Source: a virus
Direction: 5' to 3' (one strand)
Length of the DNA: 64,000 nucleotides
Virus record (IMG/VR): IMGVR_UViG_3300025652_009361
Coordinates: 32,001-96,000 of that record
Below are positions 8,157 to 17,501 of this stretch, piece by piece. The stretch's first letter is position 1, and each line of letters begins with the position of its first letter. The notes beneath the pieces were generated by a model that was not told the DNA's origin, searched no databases, and worked only from the letters and a program-made list of their open reading frames with translations. Made by a program: the position numbers and the translations under genes.

Positions 8157-9335
8157 TTACATTGTTGTTTTAATTTTACTAACAACCCTTTTAGCTTTTT
8201 GTTTAGCTAGATTAACAAACTCATCTCCTGCTACAACGACACCCATTCTTCGCTTACCATTAATACTTGGTTTACCGAATAGCCTAAGTTTGACATCATC
8301 TTCATCTAATGCCTCATCCAAATTATCATATTCAACTTGATTGCTGACTCCTGAAGGTTTAATGACTGCAGAAGCTGCAGGAGTGTTAAGCTTAATGGAA
8401 TTAATAGGTAAACCTAAAAGAGCTTTTGCATGTAATTCAAATTCAGATTGATCCTGAGAAATAATAGTAACAAGCCCAGTATCGTGTGGCCTTGGAGATA
8501 CTTCACTGAAATATACTTCATCTCCTTTAATGAATAACTCAACTCCGAATACCCCATAACCATCTAAAGCATCTGTAATTTTAGTAGCCATATCTTTTGC
8601 TTTTTTAAGTTGCACAATATTCATTTTGCACGGTTGCCAAGATTCTACATAATCTCCATCGACTTGCCTGTGACCTATTGGCTCACAAAATATTGTTCCT
8701 TTTTTATTTACGACAGTTAATAAAGTAATTTCATAATCAAAATCAATTATTTCCTCAACTATTACCTTACCTCCTCCTGCCCTACCTTCTTCTTGGGCTT
8801 TTTTCCAATAGTGACCAATTTTAGGAAATGATGAAACTACAGATTGACCTTTACCACTTGAAGACATGATAGGTTTTACAATACATGGCATACCGATTTC
8901 ATGAACAGCTTTAGCAAATTCTTGCTCAGTTGATGCAAATTTGTATTTACTAGTTGGTAATTTTAATTCTTCAGCAGCAAGCTTTCTAATACCTTCACGA
9001 TTCATTGTCAGTTGGATAGCTTTAGCGTTAGGTATCACTGTGACGCCTCGCTCTTCAGCTTCCATAAGCACTTCAGTATTGATGGCTTCTACTTCTGGAA
9101 CAATATAATCAGGCTTAATTAATTTAATGTGTTCATTTAACCATCTTTCATCAAGCATGTCGAATATGTGGCAATTTTGCGCTACTTGCATAGCTGGAGC
9201 ATGAGGGTAATTATCACATGCATGAACTTTAACTCCCAATCGAATTAATTCAATTGCTACTTCTTTGCCTAGCTCTCCGCTCCCTAGCAACATTACTTTA
9301 GTTGCTGTCTTTGAATAAGGTGTTCCTATTTTCAT
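8157..9335 (-). CDS. purT: Formate-dependent phosphoribosylglycinamide formyltransferase
   Basis: [50 protein letters not shown]. Confidence 0.95.
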   Translation of the reverse strand: MKIGTPYSKTATKVMLLGSGELGKEVAIELIRLGVKVHACDNYPHAPAMQVAQNCHIFDMLDERWLNEHIKLIKPDYIVPEVEAINTEVLMEAEERGVTVIPNAKAIQLTMNREGIRKLAAEELKLPTSKYKFASTEQEFAKAVHEIGMPCIVKPIMSSSGKGQSVVSSFPKIGHYWKKAQEEGRAGGGKVIVEEIIDFDYEITLLTVVNKKGTIFCEPIGHRQVDGDYVESWQPCKMNIVQLKKAKDMATKITDALDGYGVFGVELFIKGDEVYFSEVSPRPHDTGLVTIISQDQSEFELHAKALLGLPINSIKLNTPAASAVIKPSGVSNQVEYDNLDEALDEDDVKLRLFGKPSINGKRRMGVVVAGDEFVNLAKQKAKRVVSKIKTTM

Positions 9336-9338
9336 AAA

Positions 9339-9548
9339 CTAAATATTATTTATTATTTTTTTTATTTCACTGATTGCAACAGTATATTTTCGCCTCTTAT
9401 TAAAAAGTTCATCATTTTCTTTCGCAAGACCTTTTGCAATTTGGCATTGGTCTTCGTATTTTTTTATCAGTTCTTCATTTTGCTGCCTTAATAAAGTGCT
9501 TATTCCATCGTCTTTTTCTTCCCACCTTTTATCTTCTGAATTTGACAT
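9339..9548 (-). CDS. Hypothetical coiled-coil protein
   Basis: Likely start MSNSEDK, fills the prs-purT gap. Confidence 0.5.
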   Translation of the reverse strand: MSNSEDKRWEEKDDGISTLLRQQNEELIKKYEDQCQIAKGLAKENDELFNKRRKYTVAISEIKKIINNI

Positions 9549-9558
9549 AATTATTATT

Positions 9559-10527
9559 TTAGAATCCTTTAATATCAAAAAGAGAACTAATGCTTTTGTT
9601 GTTCATTGTCCTACTAATAGCGTCAGACAGCATAGGAGCAATATCGATGATTTTTATTTTTTTATGCTTCGGGATATTGGAAGTGCTATTAGTGGTTAAT
9701 ATTTGATCAATGAATTTTTCTTTTTCCAGATTAGATTTACCCTTAGATGTTAATGGCATGTGTGTCACAAAAGCTATAACTTGTTTAGCCCCTTCTTTTT
9801 TTAGCAACTCTGCAGCGCCGGATAAAGTGCCTAGACTCTCTGACATATCATCAATAAGTAAAATATTTTTACTTTCTACTTCTCCTAAAATTATTTTTTG
9901 TTCTATCTTTTCGGCATTAATTCTTTTTTTGTGAACAATGCCAAAATCAATATTCATAAATTCAGAATATTTTTCTACTTTTTTAATCCCTCCTGCGTCA
10001 GGGGAAACAAGTAACCAATCTTTTAATTCTGTATGTTTGAATAAATACTTCCTGAAGTGGTTTATTAAAAGGTTGCAAGGTAGTAAAGAATCTAAGGGAA
10101 CTGATGAGAACCCTTGAATAGATATATTATGCAAGTCTAATGTTATTATTCTAGTAGCTCCAGCTTTTTCTAGTAAATCCAAAACAAGTCTGGCACTAAT
10201 GGGGGAACGAGGTTGAGATTTTCTATCCTGCCTTGTATAACTAAAGTAAGGAATTACTACTGTTATTTTATTTGCAGACGCTAATCTCGCGCTTTGAATT
10301 AAAAGCAATAACTCCATCCAGTCCTCGTTTGGGTTATTTGTAGACTGAACAATAAAAACATCTTTCCCTCTTATATTATTACCATACTGACAATAAATTT
10401 CACCGCTAGGAAAATTAGTTATGTTAACAACTCCGTCTACCTCAACCTCCTCTTTACATTTGAGGATTTTAGAAATATTTTTAGTCAACTCAGGGTTTGA
10501 GCGACCAGAGAATATAAGAGAGCTCAT
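9559..10527 (-). CDS. prs: Ribose-phosphate pyrophosphokinase
   Basis: FPSGE, PYFSYTRQDRK, DLH, VSPDAGG, IDDMxxSxGTL. Confidence 0.95.
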   Translation of the reverse strand: MSSLIFSGRSNPELTKNISKILKCKEEVEVDGVVNITNFPSGEIYCQYGNNIRGKDVFIVQSTNNPNEDWMELLLLIQSARLASANKITVVIPYFSYTRQDRKSQPRSPISARLVLDLLEKAGATRIITLDLHNISIQGFSSVPLDSLLPCNLLINHFRKYLFKHTELKDWLLVSPDAGGIKKVEKYSEFMNIDFGIVHKKRINAEKIEQKIILGEVESKNILLIDDMSESLGTLSGAAELLKKEGAKQVIAFVTHMPLTSKGKSNLEKEKFIDQILTTNSTSNIPKHKKIKIIDIAPMLSDAISRTMNNKSISSLFDIKGF

Positions 10528-10558
10528 TTATATTATTATACTTTTTTACTTGTATTTT

Positions 10559-11446
10559 TCATCCAAAAAGTTTTTGGTGAACTTCCACGTACCTTTTACT
10601 TGTTTCATATATAATATCCTGAGATAAATCAGGAATAGGAGGGTTTTTATCCCAACCAATTTGTAAAAGATAATCTCTGATGATTTGTTTATCATAACTT
10701 AGCTGACTTTGACCTTCTTTATAGAGCTTTTTATCCCAAAACCTAGATGAATCTGGAGTCAATAATTCATCAATTAAAATAATTCTATTATTGTAAATGC
10801 CAAATTCAAATTTAGTGTCAGCAATAATAACACCTTTATCGTAAGCATACTTATACGCTTTACTATATATTTCTAAGCTGTATTTTCTAATTTTATTAGC
10901 TGTTTTAGGGCCAAGGATTTGAACCACCTCCTCAAATGAAATATTTTCATCATGCTCATCTGATTTAGTTGAAGGCGTAAATATAGGTTCTGGGAGTTTA
11001 CTTGATTTTTTTAAGCCAGATGGCAAAGGTATTCCGCAAACTGTCTGCTTTTCTTTGTACTCTAGCCAACTAGAACCAGAAAGGTAACCTCTTACGATAC
11101 ATTCAACTGGAAGAGGCTTTGCGTTTTTCACTGTCACAAGACTCTTGTATTTTTCTATTATATGATTATCTACAATGTCGCAAGTCATATCAAACCATTT
11201 ACAAGACATTTCATTTAATATCTCCCCTTTGCCGGGTATTGTTTGGTTTAAAATGTGATCGAACGCAGAAACTCGATCTGTAGTAAATATTTCAAGAGTT
11301 TTATCATCAACCCCATAGTAAATTTCTCTAACTTTTCCTGATTTAATTAGAGTAGGTTTATCTTTTGCTGCCCTCCAATTGATACTATCATAATTATTTT
11401 TAAATTTTGTTGAAAAACAGTTTCTTGGTTTGTCGCCTTTACCCAT
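10559..11446 (-). CDS. purC: SAICAR synthetase with N-terminal peptide extension
   Basis: SGKVREIY, DRVSAFD, ECIVRGYLSGS, ADTKFEFG, DELLTPDSSRFW. Confidence 0.95.
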   Translation of the reverse strand: MGKGDKPRNCFSTKFKNNYDSINWRAAKDKPTLIKSGKVREIYYGVDDKTLEIFTTDRVSAFDHILNQTIPGKGEILNEMSCKWFDMTCDIVDNHIIEKYKSLVTVKNAKPLPVECIVRGYLSGSSWLEYKEKQTVCGIPLPSGLKKSSKLPEPIFTPSTKSDEHDENISFEEVVQILGPKTANKIRKYSLEIYSKAYKYAYDKGVIIADTKFEFGIYNNRIILIDELLTPDSSRFWDKKLYKEGQSQLSYDKQIIRDYLLQIGWDKNPPIPDLSQDIIYETSKRYVEVHQKLFG

Positions 11447-11448
11447 AA

Positions 11449-11691
11449 TTAATCTTTTTTTGTAAATTTCAGAGGATTGGATAGAACCGGCTGCTTCCTT
11501 CCCTGTTTATCTATAAAGAACTCTTTCTTTTCTTTAGGCTCTTCTGTTTTTTCCAAGCACTTCAAGTCAAATTCTTTTTCCAGCAACTCTAACTCATTAA
11601 AACCAACCCAAAATAAACCTCGTTCATCTTCTACTGTAGGGCAAAGCATACCGCGCAGCATCATTTTTTTAATAACTTCCCTGTATGTCAT
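11449..11691 (-). CDS. Hypothetical protein
   Basis: 80-aa ORF between the tRNA and purC. Confidence 0.55.
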   Translation of the reverse strand: MTYREVIKKMMLRGMLCPTVEDERGLFWVGFNELELLEKEFDLKCLEKTEEPKEKKEFFIDKQGRKQPVLSNPLKFTKKD

Positions 11692-11702
11692 AATTTTAAT
11701 AT

Positions 11703-11779
11703 TGGTGGGCCTTGTAGGGCTCGAACCTACGACCTGCCGATTATGAGTCGGATGCTCTAACCAACTGAGCTAAAGGCCC
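11703..11779 (-). tRNA. tRNA with CAT anticodon, most likely tRNA-Ile2 (lysidine type)
   Basis: GGGCCTTTAGCTCAGTTGGTTAGAGCATCCGACTCATAATCGG...GTTCGAGCCC...GGCCCACCA; CCA encoded. Confidence 0.9.
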
Positions 11780-11941
11780 TAAAAAAATTAGTAGCTATAA
11801 TTACCATATAGTTCAATATAGCAGTTTTCGCAGTGTTGTCCAGCGCCTTCTACATAATAATTTCTATGATATGTATGTTCGTCTTCTAGTTCTTGCGTAT
11901 TTTTATTGCAACAAACACATTTGTCATATTTATCTTTCATT

Positions 11942-12169
11942 TCAGTATTCTATGATTTTTCTTACTGCCCACTTAAATACAAAGAAATTACAAATAAGTG
12001 CTCCAATAACAATAAAAATCATCATTAAAACTTCAAAACCTTCAGGTAAGCCTAATATAGCTGCGAAAAAGCCACCGAAGAATCCTCCAACTAAACCGAC
12101 ACCGGCTCCTGCTAAAGTCCCTACAATGTTATATAAGAACCACCATAATAATATTTTTTTATTTTCCAT
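11942..12169 (-). CDS. Small two-TM membrane protein
   Basis: Gly-rich hydrophobic helices. Confidence 0.6.
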   Translation of the reverse strand: MENKKILLWWFLYNIVGTLAGAGVGLVGGFFGGFFAAILGLPEGFEVLMMIFIVIGALICNFFVFKWAVRKIIEY

Positions 12170-12347
12170 ATTTTTCTTTTTCTAATTGATCTTCTACAGC
12201 TTGTAGAATATGTTTTGTTAAAGATTTTTTTGTCAAGCGTCTTTTATATTTACGCTCAAATTCTTTTTTAAATTCTCTATCATAATCTACTTCAAATGAT
12301 AAAGTGCCATCGTTATTTTCTATTACTTCTAGAATATCTAATTTCAC
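12159..12347 (-). CDS. Hypothetical protein
   Basis: 62-aa ORF similar to 7494-7739. Confidence 0.55.
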   Translation of the reverse strand: MKLDILEVIENNDGTLSFEVDYDREFKKEFERKYKRRLTKKSLTKHILQAVEDQLEKEKYGK

Positions 12348-12354
12348 AATATAT

Positions 12355-12430
12355 TGGAGCCAGTTGTCGGATTCGAACCGACGACCAACGGTTTACAAAA
12401 CCGTTGCTCTACCAACTGAGCTAAACTGGC
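12355..12430 (-). tRNA. tRNA-Thr(TGT)
   Basis: GCCAGTTTAGCTCAGTTGGTAGAGCAACGGTTTTGTAAACCGT...GTTCGAATCC...CTGGCTCCA. Confidence 0.93.
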
Positions 12431-12492
12431 TTATAATATTTTATATTAAAAATAGAATTTTTAAAGTTTTTGGTGTAATATACAATAACATT

Positions 12493-12870
12493 ATGTCACA
12501 TATAACAGGTCACTACATTTACGATTTTACAAGAATTGATCCGTATTGGAACAACTCATCTGAAACGGGTATTAGCAGTTTAGTCGTTGGCATGACTTGC
12601 AATTTTAGCGGTCAAGATAACCAAGAAGTTGTCCAAGTGCGGTCAGCTTATGTTGACGGCGTAACTGGCTTTAATTCCTGTATTACTTATGATTATTTAA
12701 CAACTAATCTCACAGATATTTGCAACACTTACGCTTCAGGAAGTAATTGGTTTGATAATTTAAAGAATCAAATATCAGGATCTCTAGAATCTCCAGTTAT
12801 GATATCTAATTTTCCTTTTCCATCTAGTGGAGAACCAGCTCCTGATCCTCACGAAATAGATCAAGATTAA
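12493..12870 (+). CDS. Hypothetical protein (possibly virion-associated)
   Basis: True start likely ATG 12493 (MSHITGH) after a GTGTAA motif; the listed ORF extension overlaps the tRNA. Confidence 0.65.
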   Translation: MSHITGHYIYDFTRIDPYWNNSSETGISSLVVGMTCNFSGQDNQEVVQVRSAYVDGVTGFNSCITYDYLTTNLTDICNTYASGSNWFDNLKNQISGSLESPVMISNFPFPSSGEPAPDPHEIDQD

Positions 12871-13334
12871 AATATAATTTCTACTTGCTCTTCATACTGG
12901 CGTCGGATTTTTTTTTCGATGTCAGTATATTTTTGTTTTATATCGCCTTGATCTCTGCTAACATTTATTGCGTATGCAGTGTCAAAATCTTGTGAATTTC
13001 CAGCTGCTCCAGCTGGCTTAATATCATTTACGACAACTCTAGGCCCTGCGCCGAGTTGGTCTACAATTTTGCTGTATTTAATATTAAAATGATGTAAAAC
13101 TCTAATTGTGTGAGCTAGGTGACGATTTTCCCTAGCAGTAGTTAGTATTACTTTATCTTTTTTAGGTAAAGCATTGAGAAAGCTAATGGCATCAATAATA
13201 GGAGTTTCATATAAATGGCTATCCATGTCATTTTTTTGTATAATTTCATCTAACTCTTCGTTAGTTTTGTGGTTTAATAGTGTGCCATCAATATCTACAA
13301 ACCATGTTTTATTTAAATTTTCTAATCCTGCCAT
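12867..13334 (-). CDS. HAD-superfamily phosphatase-like protein
   Basis: FVDIDGTL motif I, LTTAR motif II, VND. Confidence 0.75.
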   Translation of the reverse strand: MAGLENLNKTWFVDIDGTLLNHKTNEELDEIIQKNDMDSHLYETPIIDAISFLNALPKKDKVILTTARENRHLAHTIRVLHHFNIKYSKIVDQLGAGPRVVVNDIKPAGAAGNSQDFDTAYAINVSRDQGDIKQKYTDIEKKIRRQYEEQVEIIF

Positions 13335-13768
13335 TTTTTATTGTCCTGTTTTTTTTCGAATATTGAATCTTCATCTGCGAACACTGACTTATCCCCGTTC
13401 GTGCCGCCTCCTCCGTTTCCAAACTTAAAATCTTCATTTAATAATGCTAATCTATCTACTTTTTTTCCATAAATATTGACCTTTTTTTTAGCAAACATTT
13501 CGAAGGCTTTTCTCCATTCAAGTATAGGTCCTAAATAGGTAGGGTCTTCATATAAATTAAATTCAAGACCGCATTTTGATTCTTTATTTAAATTACTATA
13601 ATTCCCGTTATCTAAATATGCGTATTTTTTATATCTAGATTTATGACTAACATCTCGATTTTTTTTTAGTCTTTCAATTTCGAAGTCTGCTCTATCGATT
13701 ATTTCTTCGATATTATATTCGCTAGGCCTACCGCCTAAATCTTTTTCTTCGCTCGGATTGTTTTCCAT
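13322..13768 (-). CDS. Hypothetical protein
   Basis: 148-aa ORF. Confidence 0.6.
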   Translation of the reverse strand: MENNPSEEKDLGGRPSEYNIEEIIDRADFEIERLKKNRDVSHKSRYKKYAYLDNGNYSNLNKESKCGLEFNLYEDPTYLGPILEWRKAFEMFAKKKVNIYGKKVDRLALLNEDFKFGNGGGGTNGDKSVFADEDSIFEKKQDNKKWQD

Positions 13769-13821
13769 ATTTAAAATTTTTAATTTCTTCTTTATTTAAG
13801 TTGTGGGGGGTTTAAAAGAAG

Positions 13822-13909
13822 TGGTGCCAGTGGTCGGACTCGAACCGACAAGCCTTAGAAGGGCGACAGATTTTAAGTCTGTTGTGTTTGCCAATTTCAC
13901 CACACTGGC
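13822..13909 (-). tRNA. tRNA-Leu(TAA)
   Basis: GCCAGTGTGGTGAAATTGGCAAACACAACAGACTTAAAATCTGT, long variable arm, GTTCGAGTCC, CCA end. Confidence 0.92.
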
Positions 13910-13990
13910 ATAAAATGTACACTAAAATAATAACAGGTTGAATTACTATAAAAGTAATGATGATTTAAATTATTTTAGCGTATTAAATTT

Positions 13991-14131
13991 TTATCTACCT
14001 TGTCTATTGTAAGGTTTTTTGTAATTTTTGCTACTTTTATTTTGGGAGGAATTATTTTTAGAATGTCTTCCTCTCATATCTGTTGTTTTTTTATTTAATC
14101 CTCGTTTTTCTTTTGATTTTCCTTTTGCCAT
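13991..14131 (-). CDS. Small highly basic protein (46 aa)
   Basis: MAKGKSKEKRG...KNYKKPYNRQGR read by eye. Confidence 0.55.
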   Translation of the reverse strand: MAKGKSKEKRGLNKKTTDMRGRHSKNNSSQNKSSKNYKKPYNRQGR

Positions 14132-14289
14132 TTTTTTATTCCTTCTTCTATGTGTTCAGCTAATGCGTGTCTTGCAGCTTCGCTGTCAAGATTTATTTGA
14201 AATGAATATTTTGTGTATTCATCTAAAATGTTTTTTATAACTTCTTTCATTTAATTCTTTCTCTAAGTTTTTTTCGATCATATATAATC

Positions 14290-14586
14290 TTATCCAAACC
14301 CACCTAACAAAAATCGACCAATGAAATAAATTATTGCTAATACAATACCAACGCAGCCTAGTAACATACTCACTATCACAATAGTCCCTCCATCAGTCAG
14401 CATACAATGCACTCCCGTCCAAATACAAAATACCCAAGCTCCTAACCCAAACGCAGCTCCAAGGGGAGAAGAATGCCCTCCTACTAGTAATGCAAAATAG
14501 AGGGCTGCTGTAACTACTGCACCTACTAAAAAATCACCGAACACTTCCCCTAGAGACGTTAAAACTGGCGATTTAGATTTATTCAT
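14290..14586 (-). CDS. Hypothetical membrane protein
   Basis: Three hydrophobic segments. Confidence 0.55.
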   Translation of the reverse strand: MNKSKSPVLTSLGEVFGDFLVGAVVTAALYFALLVGGHSSPLGAAFGLGAWVFCIWTGVHCMLTDGGTIVIVSMLLGCVGIVLAIIYFIGRFLLGGFG

Positions 14587-14767
14587 AACGATCCCTTTCG
14601 TATCTTAAAAATGCATTCAAATATTGAGACCCACTTAGTTTCTCTATCTTATCTTTAATTATTTGTTGGTCATCGTGTATTTTAAAAAGAATTGTGAAAT
14701 TGGCTACAAATAGCGCCGCCATTACAATGATAATAGTCATTAATACTATTTCAGTTTTATTTTTCAT
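14579..14767 (-). CDS. Hypothetical single-TM protein
   Basis: N-terminal hydrophobic helix. Confidence 0.5.
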   Translation of the reverse strand: MKNKTEIVLMTIIIVMAALFVANFTILFKIHDDQQIIKDKIEKLSGSQYLNAFLRYERDRYE

Positions 14768-14768
14768 T

Positions 14769-15683
14769 CTATTCTATACTGCCGACAATTATTGCTGGCA
14801 TGTTTATTTTTTGTAAAAACACTTTGTTAACTTCTTTAGGGTCTACAACAAGACATAACCCTAAACCATTATTAAACACTTTCTCCATCTCTTCGTCAGA
14901 TATATTACCATCTTTTTGAAACAAGTCAAACACAAAAGGTTTAGTAATGTCATCTTTCCATGCAACGCTTAAACCTTTAGGTAAAATTCTATCTACGTTG
15001 CTCAATCCTCCTCCAGTAATATGAGCTATTCCGTGAATATTGACACCGGCTTCTAGTATATTCAAGACTTCTTTAACATAAATTTTTGTGGGTTTTAAAA
15101 TGCTATCGATATATCTTTCATGTTTTTCTTTATTAAAAATGCTCCTAACTAAAGAATAACCATTGCTATGAAAACCACTGCTTGGAAACGCAACTACTAC
15201 ATCACCTTTTTTAATTTTCTTGCCGTCAATTAAATCTTTTTTCTTTACTATCCCAACACAAAAACCTGCAACATCAAAATGATTATCAGTTACTAATGAA
15301 GGCAATTCTGCTGTTTCTCCCCCGATAAGAGGAATACCTGCCATTTCGCAACCTTTTTTAATAGAATTTAAAACCGTTAAATATTGTTTTTCTTCTATAT
15401 TAGAGGAAGCAAAATAATCTAAGAAGAATAATGGTTTAGCGCCGGTACAAATAATATCGTTAACACACATAGCAACGCAATCTATACCTATACCGTCTAG
15501 CTTATCATATTCTTGAGCTAGAAGTATTTTAGTGCCAACTCCATCAGTAGCGCCAACAAGATAACTATCGCCAAGGTCAAATAATCCCCCAAAACCCCCG
15601 ATATTATCTACTAAACTAGAAATTTCTTTTACAAGATTGTCCGTTTTGGCGACATCAACGCCAGCTTCTTTATATTTGCTCAT
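14769..15683 (-). CDS. purM: Phosphoribosylformylglycinamidine cyclo-ligase (AIR synthetase)
   Basis: YKEAGVD, TDGVGTK, DCVAMCVND, GGETAE, SSGFHSNGYSL, AHITGGG. Confidence 0.95.
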   Translation of the reverse strand: MSKYKEAGVDVAKTDNLVKEISSLVDNIGGFGGLFDLGDSYLVGATDGVGTKILLAQEYDKLDGIGIDCVAMCVNDIICTGAKPLFFLDYFASSNIEEKQYLTVLNSIKKGCEMAGIPLIGGETAELPSLVTDNHFDVAGFCVGIVKKKDLIDGKKIKKGDVVVAFPSSGFHSNGYSLVRSIFNKEKHERYIDSILKPTKIYVKEVLNILEAGVNIHGIAHITGGGLSNVDRILPKGLSVAWKDDITKPFVFDLFQKDGNISDEEMEKVFNNGLGLCLVVDPKEVNKVFLQKINMPAIIVGSIE

Positions 15684-15701
15684 TTGCTGCTTTAAAGTAA
15701 T

Positions 15702-15965
15702 TTATGTCAAAATGAACTTTTTAGGACACATCTCACCTTCTATGTTAACGTCGTAATCAAAAGTTATTTTTTTATTTTCTTTTTCAATCATCTTGTTAAT
15801 AAGACTAAGCAGTCCAAATTCAATATATCCTTTATGGATTTTAATATCATAAGAACTAGCGATGTTAGAATTAGTTGGGACTGTTGTGGAAATTAGCGCC
15901 ATCATCGCAACAGGATCTTTTTCTAGCGCATCATTTAATATATTTAATATTTCTTGACTATTCAT
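15702..15965 (-). CDS. Hypothetical protein
   Basis: 87-aa ORF. Confidence 0.55.
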   Translation of the reverse strand: MNSQEILNILNDALEKDPVAMMALISTTVPTNSNIASSYDIKIHKGYIEFGLLSLINKMIEKENKKITFDYDVNIEGEMCPKKFILT

Positions 15966-16509
15966 ATTTAGCTATTTCTACGCCAGCTTTTTTTAATAAG
16001 TCTAGGCCTTCTCTTTTTCTATAAGTTTCATTATATACAAGCCTTTTGACCCCTGACTGAACAATTAATTTAGCGCAATCAAAGCAGGGAGAGTATGTAC
16101 AATAAACTGTAGCTCCTTCGCTGCTGTTTGTAGAACGGGCTAATTTCATCAAAGCATTACTTTCAGCGTGGAGCACTTCAGGTTTAGTTTTAAGCTTGAA
16201 AAATTTTTCTTTGTCTTTATCTAACTGCCATTCTTCATCCTCAAAACATGTAAGGTCATCCTTCAGCGAAATAAAGGAATGATCTGGACCTGAATCATCC
16301 TTGCTTGCGTAATCATGCTCATCACAAGTATAAATAATTTCTTCACATTCATTATTAAACCCAGAAGGAGTTCCATTAAAACCATCAGAAATAATTCGTT
16401 CGTCTTTTACTATTAAACAACCAACTTTTTTTCTTTTGGCATGAGACATCTCAGCCCACGCTTCAGCCATTTTAAGGTAGGTTTTGTCTAATTTATTCTG
16501 ATTCGGCAT
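15958..16509 (-). CDS. dCMP deaminase
   Basis: KVGC, GFNGTP, HAExNA, SPCxxC. Confidence 0.92.
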   Translation of the reverse strand: MPNQNKLDKTYLKMAEAWAEMSHAKRKKVGCLIVKDERIISDGFNGTPSGFNNECEEIIYTCDEHDYASKDDSGPDHSFISLKDDLTCFEDEEWQLDKDKEKFFKLKTKPEVLHAESNALMKLARSTNSSEGATVYCTYSPCFDCAKLIVQSGVKRLVYNETYRKREGLDLLKKAGVEIAKYE

Positions 16510-16699
16510 AGCCTTTAATAATTTTTAATCCATCTTGTGCAGAAGCTAGTTCATCTGTTATCTTAATGCATTCTTCAATAATATCAGGATGTTCTCCGAT
16601 ACCAACAGAATTATTGAGATAATTTTTAAGCAGAACTTTATTCTTTAAAATTTTAGATTCGAAGTGGGCTTCTAGTGCTTTTAATATATCTTCTTTCAT
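16493..16699 (-). CDS. Conserved hypothetical phage protein
   Basis: VGIGEHPDI motif. Confidence 0.65.
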   Translation of the reverse strand: MKEDILKALEAHFESKILKNKVLLKNYLNNSVGIGEHPDIIEECIKITDELASAQDGLKIIKGYAESE

Positions 16700-16700
16700 A

Positions 16701-16949
16701 TTATAATTCGTAAGTTATATCGTAATCTTCAATGATGTCGTTATGAAGTAATTGAGCCGCAGCTTCTTCAGTACTAGCTTTAACATTTTCATCAGGAGTG
16801 TTGTCTTCAAACAATAATAAAAAATGTCTACCAGCTTTTACATCTTTTATATGTTTAATTCCAAGTTGTTTCGCTGCTGAATTAATAACTGTGCCTTGAG
16901 GATCGTAAGTCTGTCCTTTGGAAACTGTAAATACTCTAGCTTTTTTCAT
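16701..16949 (-). CDS. purS: FGAM synthase subunit PurS
   Basis: DPQG, VKAGR, LLHNDIIEDY; 82 aa. Confidence 0.8.
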   Translation of the reverse strand: MKKARVFTVSKGQTYDPQGTVINSAAKQLGIKHIKDVKAGRHFLLLFEDNTPDENVKASTEEAAAQLLHNDIIEDYDITYEL

Positions 16950-16950
16950 T

Positions 16951-17184
16951 TCAAATAAATTCTACTTCTTTTTTTAGAATTTTTAAACATCTACTTTTAA
17001 CTTCTTCTGTATTTTCTGTAATCATAGGCCCGAATACGTGATTTACTCTTCGATAAGAACATCCGCCACAACCAGCTGATAAATTTTGCAGAAAATTATC
17101 TAACTCATCGCTTATTCCCATGAATTCAGATCTATGAGCTATAACTATTTTAAATAGCTCTTTGTAAGTCATTCTTATTTTCAT
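16951..17184 (-). CDS. Hypothetical protein
   Basis: 77 aa, GCGGC motif. Confidence 0.5.
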   Translation of the reverse strand: MKIRMTYKELFKIVIAHRSEFMGISDELDNFLQNLSAGCGGCSYRRVNHVFGPMITENTEEVKSRCLKILKKEVEFI

Positions 17185-17501
17185 AAAAAATTATAAAGTA
17201 TTAAACTTAAATAAGCCAAAACAAATAGGTTTAAGTTCAACGGAATAAAACATAACACAGACATCCAAAAAGTCAAACAAATATGACAAGTTATTAGTTT
17301 AGAAAAAAAGCTTTCTTTCTGTTTTAAAAACATTGGAAACTCCATTTGATATTCAGATTTTTCATATTCTTTTATGATTGGGATCTTCCTAAATATTTTA
17401 GAAAAAGAAAAATAATCATAAAAAGCATTTGTATCTGTCCATATATATGTTATATAAGCTATACAGACTGCCGGTATTAAATAACTAATTATTTGTTCCA
17501 T
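17181..17501 (-). CDS. Hypothetical membrane protein
   Basis: LITCxxCxxFW motif flanked by hydrophobic helices. Confidence 0.55.
   Translation of the reverse strand: MEQIISYLIPAVCIAYITYIWTDTNAFYDYFSFSKIFRKIPIIKEYEKSEYQMEFPMFLKQKESFFSKLITCHICLTFWMSVLCFIPLNLNLFVLAYLSLILYNFL

Noticed and set aside
12304-12492. N-terminal extension of the listed 188-aa ORF
   Set aside because: It is antisense to tRNA-Thr; ATG 12493 after the GTGTAA motif is the better start.
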